Positions 37,299 through 46,928 of a stretch of 64,000 nt of DNA are shown piece by piece. This stretch comes from an uncultured Solirubrobacteraceae bacterium (GTDB lineage Bacteria; Actinomycetota; Thermoleophilia; Solirubrobacterales; Solirubrobacteraceae), in NCBI GenBank assembly GCA_963707595.1, contig CAVPQQ010000002.1, forward strand, positions 888,117 through 952,116, written 5' to 3'. Position numbers and translations under genes: made by a program. Position 1 is the stretch's first letter. Every line of letters starts with the position of its first letter. The notes below the pieces were generated by a model, which saw nothing but the letters and a program-made list of their open reading frames with translations, ran no database searches and was not told the DNA's origin.

Positions 37299-37514
37299 GC
37301 GCGCAGGGATTGCAGCGGGCGCAGTGCGCGGGATCGATGGCGCGCAGCCCGTCCTCGCGCGGGCGCGGGCGCCGGCGGGCGCAGCGCGCGCAGTCAGGCA
37401 ATGTGCCCTTTCTGTGGACGAAGGCCTATCCCGACGACGGTCCGAAAGTAGCGCTCCTCTGGACGAGCAGCAGCGGCTTCGCGGAGCGGGAAGCCGCCGC
37501 TATGTCGATTTGGG

Positions 37515-37910
37515 TCAGCGAGCGAACGGGAGCGCGAGGCCGGCGCTGGCGGGGATCATGGGTGGCCGGCGGGCGTGGACGGTTTCGATGATCTCGCCGG
37601 GGTCGATGCCTTGCAGGTAGATCGAGGTCACGCCGAGGTTGCGCACCCCGATCCCGCGCTCGGACAGCTCGTGGATCATGTTCAGCGTGTCGCGCACGGT
37701 CCGCCCGAGGCGATCGAGCGTGTGCACGACGATCACATCGCCCTCGCGCGCGTACTCCAGCACGGCCCGCAGGCCCGGCCGGTCGACCGTCGCCCCGGAC
37801 TTCTTGTCGACGTAGATCCGCTCGCGCGCGATCCCGACCTCCAGCAGCGCCTCGATCTGGCGCTCGAAGTCCTGCTTTGCCATCGACACGCGCGCATACC
37901 CGAGCCCCAC
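37515..37910 (-). pseudogene. truncated serine recombinase (resolvase) fused to an unrelated, tyrosine-recombinase-like tail
   Basis: GYARVS, SG...RPGL, LDRLGR, then abrupt switch to NLGVTSIYLQGID... Confidence 0.75.
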
Positions 37911-38240
37911 GAGCGCGACCGGACCGGAGGTCGCGGACGTACCACCAAAGCGGCACGGCTTTCCGGGACCAACCTTCGGGACGCGCCGCTGCGCGTGCTT
38001 GTGTTGGTCGCGCTGGCGCGCCGCAGAGCGTTCCAGTTTCAAGGAAACGGAACACACCGTTGCTCCCGGCGCCCCACGGATTGGCGACTCGAACCCGACG
38101 AACAATCACCTTCAGAGCGAGAGGCGAGCGGTCACGTATATCGCGCGGCGGCACGTGCCGATCGTTCGTGAGAACCGTCCAGCGACGACCGCGCGCATGT
38201 TCGCCGTTACGCCCGCCCGCCCGCGGCGGAATACGTTGTG

Positions 38241-38861
38241 ATGCCACTCGCCATGCTGACGGACTCAGAACTCGTGGCGCGCATGCCGGCCCCCGAGGCC
38301 GTGCAGGCGCTGTATGAGCGCCACGTGGACGCGGTTCTGCGCTTTGCGATTCGCCGATGTCGCAGTCCCGACGATGTAGCCGATCTCGTTTCGCATGTGT
38401 TCGTCGAGTTGTTCTCTGCCGCTCCCAGCTATGACTCGCGCTACAAGGACGCACGGCCCTGGCTGCTGGGGATCGCGGCTCGATGTCTCGCCGACGCCCA
38501 ACGCGCTCAGTTCCGTCGCGACGACCTCACGCAGCGGCTAGGGGCGCAACCGGCGTTTGAGGACCCGGAGTACGAGCGCGTCGAACAGATGATCGATGCC
38601 GCGCGACTCAGCCCACGCTTAGCGCATGCACTCGACCGACGGCTTACTGCGGCCGAGCGTGAGCTGTTCTTGCTCGTCGCGGCCGACGGCTTAACGCCAG
38701 CGCAGGCGGCGCGCGCGCTCGGCGTGAGCGCCGTCGCCGCGCGCATGCGCCTCTCTCGCGCGCGCCGCAAGCTACGCGCGTCGATCTCAGCCGAACGCGT
38801 GCCCGATCCGGCCGCAGTCCCGGATCTTGACCTTGACCGACAGCCGCGAGGTGTCCAATGA
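38241..38861 (+). CDS. ECF sigma factor
   Basis: LYERH, DLVSHVF, PWLLGIA, region-4 HTH RLSRARRKL. Confidence 0.9.
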   Translation: MPLAMLTDSELVARMPAPEAVQALYERHVDAVLRFAIRRCRSPDDVADLVSHVFVELFSAAPSYDSRYKDARPWLLGIAARCLADAQRAQFRRDDLTQRLGAQPAFEDPEYERVEQMIDAARLSPRLAHALDRRLTAAERELFLLVAADGLTPAQAARALGVSAVAARMRLSRARRKLRASISAERVPDPAAVPDLDLDRQPRGVQ

Positions 38862-39892
38862 ACGACGTCATCGAGCAGACGCCCAACCCCGCCGGACTCG
38901 ACCGCTTCACCGCCGAGCTAGGGGACGCACTCCAAGCGCACGCTCAGGCATTGCCGCAGCGCACGCCGGCGCGGCGCGGTCGGCGCTCGAGCCGCTGGCC
39001 TCGCCGCCTCGCGATCGCGGCGACCGCGGGAGCTGCCGCAGCCGGCGTACTGGCGGTCGGTCTTGGCTCCGAGCGCACGGGTTCGCCCGCGGTCGCCTCC
39101 GCCGCCGCGGTGATGCGAGCGTCCGCGGATGCGCTCCCCAGCGATTCGAGCGGGCTGCTTCCGGTCGGCGCCTACTGGCACACGATCGTCGACGTCACGA
39201 TGCGCCACAACGATCCGAGCCCAGAGGACTTTCAGTACACGACCACCGAGCGATGGGAGACGTGGCAGTCACGTGACGGCTCCGGTCGCGAGCGCATGAC
39301 GCCAAGCGCCCCGGTCGAGTTCCCGACCTCCGCCGACCGCAGCGCCTGGGGTGCTGCCGGCTCGCCCAGCCTCGCCGACTCGCCCGCTGACGCGCGCCTT
39401 CACCGCACCGACCGTCCGTTCACGTTCGGCTCGGACACGCTCACCTACACCGAACTCGAGCGCCTTCCCACCGAACCGCACGCCTTGGCAAGCGCCCTCA
39501 CGCGCATGGTCGAGCGCCAGCGCAGCGAAATCCCCGCCGCCTTCGACACCGACCAGGCCCGCGCCTACGTGCTCTTCACGCTGATCCGTGACAGCTTCGA
39601 AACGCCGACTTCCCCCGCGCTGCGCGGCGCGCTCTACGACCTCATGGCCACCGCGCCCGGGCTACAACTTGCCGGCAAGATGACCGACAACGCCGGCCGC
39701 ACCGGCACAGCCGTCGCAGTCGTGCTCGGCGACGCACGATTCGTGCTCATCCTCGACCCCGCTACCGGCACCCTGCTAGAGACGCAACGCGTCCTGTTGC
39801 GCACCAGCACCCAGTTCCCGGGAATGACGCCGGGACTGATAAGCCGCGCCACCTTCCTCAGGAGCGACGTGGTGAGCAACCTCTCTACGTAG
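38858..39892 (+). CDS. putative membrane anti-sigma factor (CU044_5270-like)
   Basis: ATGA-coupled to the ECF gene; single TM helix; LPTEP..L, LRGALY, D.AGR.G.AV, LILDP.TG.LL. Confidence 0.75.
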   Translation: MNDVIEQTPNPAGLDRFTAELGDALQAHAQALPQRTPARRGRRSSRWPRRLAIAATAGAAAAGVLAVGLGSERTGSPAVASAAAVMRASADALPSDSSGLLPVGAYWHTIVDVTMRHNDPSPEDFQYTTTERWETWQSRDGSGRERMTPSAPVEFPTSADRSAWGAAGSPSLADSPADARLHRTDRPFTFGSDTLTYTELERLPTEPHALASALTRMVERQRSEIPAAFDTDQARAYVLFTLIRDSFETPTSPALRGALYDLMATAPGLQLAGKMTDNAGRTGTAVAVVLGDARFVLILDPATGTLLETQRVLLRTSTQFPGMTPGLISRATFLRSDVVSNLST

Positions 39893-40351
39893 TCAAGGGC
39901 GGCTCGCTTCGCTCGCCGCCGCGCCGGCTGCGGGCGGCCGCAAGCGGCCGTCCTCGCCGGCACCACATCGCGGCGCGGCTGCATCAGAGGAACGGTCCAA
40001 CTCAGCCCGAGATCGCGAGCGTTCCACGCCGCGACACGAACCTGCTTCAGCACCCGGTGCCGATCACCAGCCTCAGCACCGGCCACGCCGATTTGCCGCT
40101 CGCGCACGCCGCCCGTGTCGCTCGTCACGATCGGCACTCCAGACCTCGCGACCGCCGCAAGCAAGGACGAACTGCTGGCTGGTGAGGGAGGCAGGCGGTG
40201 GCCGTTGCGCGGTCGGGGGAGGTGTCTGATCGGCGCGGCCATCTCAGCGGTTGAGAACGACGGTTACGGGCGTGGTTCGATCCTCGTCTGCCAGGACGGA
40301 TTCGCGGTTGACTCCGACAACGGCGCACACGGGGGTACTCTGCGAGATGCC

Positions 40352-40588
40352 ATGACCGCCAAGGACAAGTTGCGCCAGGCCGTCGAAGAGCTGAGCGAGC
40401 TCGAGGCCGAGCAGGCGCTCGCGTTCATCACGCGCCGCCAGGAACAGGACCCCGTGCTCGAGTTCTTCGACACCGTGCCCGAGAAAGATGAGCCGCTGAC
40501 GTCCGCGGAGCGGGCGAGCGTCGACGAAGCCTGGACCCAGCGCGGTGACTCGGTGTCGCTCGCCGAGCTCCGGCGCGAGTTCGATTGA
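40352..40588 (+). CDS. putative antitoxin
   Basis: Acidic 78 aa (DEPLT...), overlaps the RelE start. Confidence 0.7.
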   Translation: MTAKDKLRQAVEELSELEAEQALAFITRRQEQDPVLEFFDTVPEKDEPLTSAERASVDEAWTQRGDSVSLAELRREFD

Positions 40589-40849
40589 CCGCCGGCTGGC
40601 GCGTCGAGGTCGAAGCACACGCCCGGCGCGACCTGCGCCGACTCGATCCACCCGTTCGCAACCGTGTGCTCGATGCGCTCGAACGCCTCATCGCCGACCC
40701 GCCGACGGGCGACGTAATCAAGCTCCAGGGACGGCCGGAGTACCGACTGCGCGTCGGTGACTGGCGCGTGATCCTCCGACTCGACGACGCACAGCACACG
40801 CATTCACGTCCTTCGCGTACTGCCCCGCGGCCGGGCGTACGAGCGCTGA
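40585..40849 (+). CDS. RelE/ParE-family toxin (frameshift near 3' end)
   Basis: ARRDLRRLD, KLQG, YRLRVGDWRVI; IHVLRVLPRGRAY in a shifted frame. Confidence 0.85.
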
Positions 40850-41054
40850 GCGACGCCCGCCGCGTGCACGCCGCACGCACACGAACTCGCGCAACGGAGG
40901 GGTGCCCGCCTGATGTCCCGCGGGGAAAGTCCGGGAAAGAAGACCCCGGAGACGGCCGGATCGCGTGGCTCGCGTTGACCTCGCCGGAACTGCGCACCGC
41001 TGGGGCCGAAGCCGCGTAAGCCCGCCAGCAGAGCCGAGGTCCGGTGGGGTGGAA

Positions 41055-41141
41055 CGGAGGGGGTGGGATTCGAACCCACGGTCCGCTTGCACGGACTCCG
41101 GTTTTCAAGACCGGTGCGATAGACCACTCTGCCACCCCTCC
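41055..41141 (-). tRNA. tRNA-Ser(TGA)
   Basis: GGAGGGG/CCCCTCC acceptor stem, CTTGAAA loop, long variable arm, GTTCGAATC; no encoded CCA. Confidence 0.95.
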
Positions 41142-41220
41142 AGAAGTGGTCTAGGGTACGCCCCTCTTCCGGGCGGGTTGTGTCCGGCTGCGCCGGGCCG
41201 TGTGCTTAGGTGATCGCCAG

Positions 41221-42285
41221 ATGGCCCTGAATCTGTTCGCCGGTGGTGCCGGCCGGCGCCGGAACGTCGGTCGCCTGCGGTCGGGCGGCGACGTTGCCGT
41301 CGACCTGGGCACCGCGAACACGGTCGTATACGTGCGTGGGCGCGGGATCGTGCTCTCTGAGCCGTCTGTGGTCGCGATCGACCAGCGCACCGGTGAGGTG
41401 CACGCCGTCGGTTCCGACGCGCAGCGGATGATCGGCCGCACGCCGGCCACGATCTCCGCCGACCGGCCGCTGCGCCACGGCGTGATCGCCGACTTCGAGG
41501 TCACCGAGGCGATGCTGCGCCAGTTCGTCGGCAAGGTGATGAACAACCGCTTCTCGCGCCCGCGGATGGTGATCTGCGCTCCTTCGGGGATCACCGAGGT
41601 CGAGCGCCGCGCGGTCGAGGAGGCGACGCTTTCAGCGGGCGCCCGTGAGGTCCACCTGATCGAGGAGTCGCTCGCGGCCGCGATCGGCGCGGGCGTCGAC
41701 ATCGGCGAGCCGGTCGGCCGCATGGTCGTCGACATCGGCGGCGGTACGTCGGAGGTCGCGATCATCTCGCTCGGCGGGCTGGTCGTCGCCAAGTCGCTGC
41801 GGGTCGGCGGCTACGACCTCGACGACGCGATCACGAACCACATCCGGCTCGAGCACCGGATGGCGATCGGCTCCCAGAGCGCCGAGGCGATCAAGCTCGC
41901 CGCGGGCTCCGCGACGCCCCTGGCCGAGGAGATCGAGACCTCGATCCGCGGCCGCGACCTCGCCTCCGGCCTGCCGCGCGAGATCCTGCTGACCTCCGAG
42001 GAGGTCCGCCAGGCGATCGCACAGCCGCTGGCCGAGATCATGACCGCGATCCACGCCACGCTCGAGGAGACGCCGCCCGAGCTGGCCGCGGACATCACCA
42101 CCGAGGGCGTCCTGCTGGCCGGTGGCGGCTCGCTCCTGCGCGGCCTCGCGGAGCGCGTCGGTGCGGAGACCGGGATGCCGGTCCGGCTCGCCGACGACCC
42201 GCTGACGTGCGTCGCCGTGGGCGCCGGCATGTCGCTCGAGGAGCTCGACACGCTCCCGCGCGGCCGTCGTCATCACGCACGCTGA
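41221..42285 (+). CDS. mreB: rod shape-determining protein MreB/Mbl
   Basis: VDLGTANT, EPSVVA, PLRHGVIADF, DIGGGT. Confidence 0.93.
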   Translation: MALNLFAGGAGRRRNVGRLRSGGDVAVDLGTANTVVYVRGRGIVLSEPSVVAIDQRTGEVHAVGSDAQRMIGRTPATISADRPLRHGVIADFEVTEAMLRQFVGKVMNNRFSRPRMVICAPSGITEVERRAVEEATLSAGAREVHLIEESLAAAIGAGVDIGEPVGRMVVDIGGGTSEVAIISLGGLVVAKSLRVGGYDLDDAITNHIRLEHRMAIGSQSAEAIKLAAGSATPLAEEIETSIRGRDLASGLPREILLTSEEVRQAIAQPLAEIMTAIHATLEETPPELAADITTEGVLLAGGGSLLRGLAERVGAETGMPVRLADDPLTCVAVGAGMSLEELDTLPRGRRHHAR

Positions 42286-42314
42286 GCCTCGATCTCTACA
42301 CTCCCCGCGAACCG

Positions 42315-42404
42315 GGACAGGTGGCCGAGAGGCTGAAGGCACTCGCCTGCTAAGCGAGTATGGGGTTTATAGCTCCATCGCGGGTTCGAATCCCGCCCTG
42401 TCCG
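42315..42404 (+). tRNA. tRNA-Ser(GCT)
   Basis: GGACAGG/CCTGTCC acceptor stem, CTGCTAA loop, variable arm, GTTCGAATC; TACACT -10 upstream. Confidence 0.95.
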
Positions 42405-42453
42405 CTGTTGACGCCGCGGCCTGAGCGCTGCCGCGGCGTCGGGCGCGGTCGGT

Positions 42454-43486
42454 TCAGCAGCCGAGCACCGCTCTGATGCGGTTCGCGTCGGCGGTCCAGC
42501 CGGCGGCCTGCGTCGGGGCGAGCAGGCGCACGATGGTGGTGAACGTCTTCAGCGTCAGGCAGGCGGCCTTGCGCTGCAGCGGCTTTGCCGCGTCGAGCCC
42601 GGCGGCCAGCGGCTTCAGCGCCGCGGTCAGTTGGGTCTTGATCGCAGCCGGCAGGCGACTGGCGCCGATGACGTCGTCGATCAGCTGCGAGAGCTGGGCG
42701 CCGGCGCCGAGCACCGTGATGGTGAAGGTCGCCTCCGCCGCGTTGCCGCCGCTGTCGGTCGCGACGCACTTGACCTGGTTCGCACCGATCGCGAACAGGC
42801 TCCCCGAGGCGGGCGTGCAGACGACGCTGGGGTCGGGATCGAGGTCGTCGGTCGCCGTTGCCGTGAACGGGACGATCGCGCCGGCGGGGCCGGTCGCGTC
42901 GACGGCGAAGGACGCGGGGACGACGAGCGTCGGCTTGATCGTGCCGACCGGCGTCTGGTCACACGCGTCGCCCGTCCCATCGTCGTCGGTGTCGGCCTGG
43001 TCGGAATTGGCGGTCCCGGGGCAGTTGTCGGCCGCATCAGGGCGGCCGTCGCCGTCGCGCTCGAGCCGGTGCCCGAAGAAGTCCACGGCCTTCTCGGTCA
43101 TCGACCGCTTGACCTGGTCGGTGTCGACGGTGGTGCACGGCGCCGTCGTGACGCCAGGCTCGCAGACGCCAGGCTGATTGTTCGGCGGGGTGATGGTGTG
43201 CGCGATCCAGCCACAGCTGGCGTCCGAGGCAGGCCCGGTGTCGGGCTCCGAGCAGCCGTACTCGGCGTTCGGCCAGGAGGCGAGAGCGCGCCGGATGTTC
43301 ACCGGGGTGGTGAGGGTCTCCGCGAACGAGAACCGTGCGCGTCTCAGCGGTCTGCGACTTCCCCACCCAGCCGGGCACGTCGATCGTCTTGACCGTGTGG
43401 CCCACGGCACCCGCGGCGTGAGCGTCCGCCGGACTGAAGCTGGCGGCCGCGGCGAGCGCGGCCAAGAGGGCGAGGCGGCGTCTCAT
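42454..43486 (-). pseudogene. secreted protein with TSP3 and HYR domains; N-terminus out of frame, probably internally deleted
   Basis: Signal peptide at 43486; DNCP..ANSDQAD.D.DG.GDACD; C.PASGS.F.IG...V.C.ATD HYR pattern. Confidence 0.65.
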
Positions 43487-43671
43487 GACGGCCTCCTCAG
43501 ATTCGGGAGCTGAACCGCACCGACGACCGGCGACATGGCAACCCTCCTTGTCCGTCGCCCGCGCAGGATCAGCACGAATCCGCGTGCTGCCGGTATCACT
43601 TACCGTCGCGCGGGCTTCGTGGGGACTCCGTGAGCGAGCGAAGCCTAAGCGCTCAGGGTTTCGCTTGTCAA
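43483..43671 (-). promoter_or_regulatory. promoter (TTGACA-18-TAGGCT) + structured leader + 17-aa uORF
   Basis: -35 at 43666-43671, -10 at 43642-43647; three-way junction 43557-43615; AAGGAGG RBS then ATG at 43536. Confidence 0.55.
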
Positions 43672-44276
43672 CGCGCTGACCGCAAAGCCGGCCACAGCGT
43701 CGCGATCGCCCGCTCCGGCCACTCGGGACCGGGGCGCCCGCGCTCGTAAGAGTGCGTGAAGAAGCTGCCGAGGATCGCGTCGGCCGCCGCCTCGACGTCC
43801 ACGTCGGCGCGCAGCTCCCCGCGCGCGACGCCGGCGCGCAGGACGTGCCGGAACCGCTCCACGGCAGGCCCGATCACCTGCCTGCGGGCGACCTCGAGCA
43901 CCTCGGGATGCGTCTGCGCCTCGACCAGCACCGAGGCGGTGACGGTCGGATCGATCCGCTGCCGCGCCTGGTCGAGCACCGTCACGAGATCCGCGCGGGC
44001 GGAGCCGGTGTCGACATGGGGTGCGTCGGCGTTCAACCGCCCGATCGCCGCCAGCGTCAACTCCAGCGGCGTCGCGTAGCGGCGATAGACCGTCGTCTTC
44101 GCCACTCCCGCGGCCGCCGCGACGCCCGGGACGGTCATCCGCTGGATGCCGTGCTCGAGCAGCATCGCGGTCGCCGCGCGCACGATCGCGTCGTCGATCT
44201 GGGGGTCCAGCGGCCGTCCTCCACTCACGAGTTGCACCCTACTTCCAATTACGCTACCGTCCGTTTCGATACTCAT
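43668..44276 (-). CDS. TetR-family regulator (start may be later)
   Basis: GRP, VAAAAGVAKTTVYRRY, DTGSARADL. Confidence 0.9.
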   Translation of the reverse strand: MSIETDGSVIGSRVQLVSGGRPLDPQIDDAIVRAATAMLLEHGIQRMTVPGVAAAAGVAKTTVYRRYATPLELTLAAIGRLNADAPHVDTGSARADLVTVLDQARQRIDPTVTASVLVEAQTHPEVLEVARRQVIGPAVERFRHVLRAGVARGELRADVDVEAAADAILGSFFTHSYERGRPGPEWPERAIATLWPALRSAR

Positions 44277-44290
44277 CGTAGCGAAAGGGC

Positions 44291-44947
<657 letters not shown>

Positions 44948-44956
44948 TGCCTCTCT

Positions 44957-44990
44957 GAAAGCCTCGCATTTCGCGGGGCTTTCGTCGTTC
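44957..44990 (+). terminator. intrinsic terminator-like hairpin
   Basis: GAAAGCCTCGC-ATTTC-GCGGGGCTTTC downstream of the tRNA. Confidence 0.65.
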
Positions 44991-45006
44991 TGGAACGTCG
45001 AGCCGG

Positions 45007-45724
45007 TTAGGCCGGTCGCGCGGCGAGCTCGAGCAGGACGTCGGGATCGATGTGGCGCGCGGCGAGGATGCAGGTGTGGCCGGCCCGCAGCCAGGTGACG
45101 ATCGTCGCGTCGCCGGTGTGCAGGACGCGCATCCGCACCCCGTTGCGCGTGACGGTCCGGCCGCCGTCGACGGACAGCGGACTGTCGGCGGCGATCGCGT
45201 AGCCGATCCGCTGGCCTGCACGGGCGTAGAAGACGGTGCGGATGGTGCGGCCGTCGAGCACGTCGCGGCGCTCGCCGACGGCGCGCCAGCCCGTGCTGTC
45301 GGCCCAGTACGGGTAGGCGATTCCGTCGACGGTCGCGGTGCGGGTCGCATCCCCGGATTCCATGGCGGGCGCGAGCGCGACCCGCGCCGCCTCCGCGACG
45401 CTCGGGCCGGCGGGCTCGCCTCCGACCACGACGACCGCCGCGATGGCGAGGACGGCCGCGAACGTGCCGGCGAGCGCGAGCGGCCGGCGCACCCGCCGCC
45501 GACGAGCAGCGGCGGCGTGCGCTGCCATGCCCGGACACGCTCGCGCGCAGTGCGTCGGACGCGGGTTCGCGCGCCGTGCCGGCGATCGCCGCGAGGGCGG
45601 CGCGCTGGCGGGCCACTGCCGCCGCCAGCTCCGGGTCGGCCCCGACCCGGCGCACCACGTCGTCGCGCCGCTCGGGCGCGAGCGTGCCGTCGGCGAGCGC
45701 GGCGAGTTTCTCGTCCATCGTCAT
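45007..45724 (-). CDS. putative anti-sigma factor (frameshifted)
   Basis: EKLAALADGTL, one TM helix, VTWLRAGHTCIL; coupled to the ECF gene. Confidence 0.7.
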
Positions 45725-46233
45725 CGGAGACTCCGCTCGCGGGCCGGAACTTCCCGCAGTGTGCGCGCGAGGCGGTCGCGGGCGCGAAACAGCCGCGACG
45801 CGATCGTTGCCTCGCGCGTTCCGAGCACGCGTGCCGCCTCGACGTAGGAGAGCCCGGCGATGTCGACGGCGACCAGCGCGAGCCGGAAGTCGGTTGGGAG
45901 CGCGGCGATCGCGCCGAACAGCTCATGCGTCTCGGCCGCCCGGTCGGGCTGGTGGTCGGTCCGCGGGTCGGGCGCGCTGACGAGGTCGATGTCGACGTCG
46001 GCCAGCGGACGCCGCGAGGCCGCGCGGTTGGTGGTGAGAAACGTGTTCCGCAGCGCGCGCATCAGATAGGCCAGTTCGTCATCGCCATGCAGCCGGCGCG
46101 GCTTCGCGAGCACGCGTGCGCACAGCTCCTGGACGAGGTCCTCTGCATCCTCGCGCGATCCGCACAGCGCCCACGCCGCGCGATGCAGCGTGTCCACGTG
46201 ACGCACGAGCGCCTGCGGGTCGAGATGCGCCAT
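45721..46233 (-). CDS. ECF sigma factor
   Basis: EDAEDLVQE, GLSYVEAA, SRLFRAR. Confidence 0.9.
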   Translation of the reverse strand: MAHLDPQALVRHVDTLHRAAWALCGSREDAEDLVQELCARVLAKPRRLHGDDELAYLMRALRNTFLTTNRAASRRPLADVDIDLVSAPDPRTDHQPDRAAETHELFGAIAALPTDFRLALVAVDIAGLSYVEAARVLGTREATIASRLFRARDRLARTLREVPARERSLR

Positions 46234-46331
46234 CACTTCGGACGTACGCACGGAGCATGCGAACGGCTCGGGGGAAGGATCGCGCCCGGCGCGGAGTCCT
46301 TGTTACCGACAGACCAATCAAGGAGGTCCCG

Positions 46332-46859
46332 ATGAAGCGCCTCATCGTTCCAACACTGCTCGCCGCCGCACTCGTCGCCGGCTGCGGCGGTTCGTCGTCG
46401 TCCACGAACGCGAGCACCGGCAGCTCGTCAGGCGGCGGCACGTACGGCTCGCGCGCCGCCACCCCCGCGCCCACCAGCGCCTCCGGCTCCGCCACGACGG
46501 TCAAGACCGCCAACGGCTCGCTCGGAACGCACCTCGTCGATGCCAAGGGCCGCTCGCTCTACCTGTGGGTCGCCGACAAGGGCTCGACCAGCACCTGCTC
46601 GGGCGGCTGCGCGGCAGCCTGGCCGCCGCTGACGACGACCGGCAAGGCGCAGGCGGGCCCCGGGGCCAAGGCCGCTCTGCTCGGCACCACCAAGCGCTCC
46701 GACGGCACGCTCGAGGTGACCTACGCCGGCCATCCGCTCTACTACTTCGCCGGCGACACCACGCCCGGCCAGACGACCGGGCAGGGCAGCGAAGGCTTTG
46801 GTGCGTACTGGTGGGTCGTCGCGCCCAGTGGCAAAGCCATCGAGAGCGGCGCCAGCTGA
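46332..46859 (+). CDS. COG4315-type lipoprotein (Y-x4-D repeats)
   Basis: LVAGC lipobox; GRSLYLW..D, CAAAWPP, GHPLYYFAGD. Confidence 0.88.
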   Translation: MKRLIVPTLLAAALVAGCGGSSSSTNASTGSSSGGGTYGSRAATPAPTSASGSATTVKTANGSLGTHLVDAKGRSLYLWVADKGSTSTCSGGCAAAWPPLTTTGKAQAGPGAKAALLGTTKRSDGTLEVTYAGHPLYYFAGDTTPGQTTGQGSEGFGAYWWVVAPSGKAIESGAS

Positions 46860-46928
46860 GCGGCGCGTCGCCCCCGGCCGCTGACGGTAGTGTCGACGTT
46901 CGTCCACGATCACTGGGAGCGTGCAGCG

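Larger units (their letters stand above)
35400..41109. mobile_element. degenerate integrative island at tRNA-Ser(TGA)
   Basis: Flanking tRNA direct repeats, recombinase remnant, toxin-antitoxin pair, truncated genes. Confidence 0.8.

Noticed and set aside
43530-43560. SAM-I/IV riboswitch (GGCAACCCTCC on + strand)
   Set aside because: Wrong strand for the adjacent gene, other conserved elements are missing, and it is simply the complement of an RBS.
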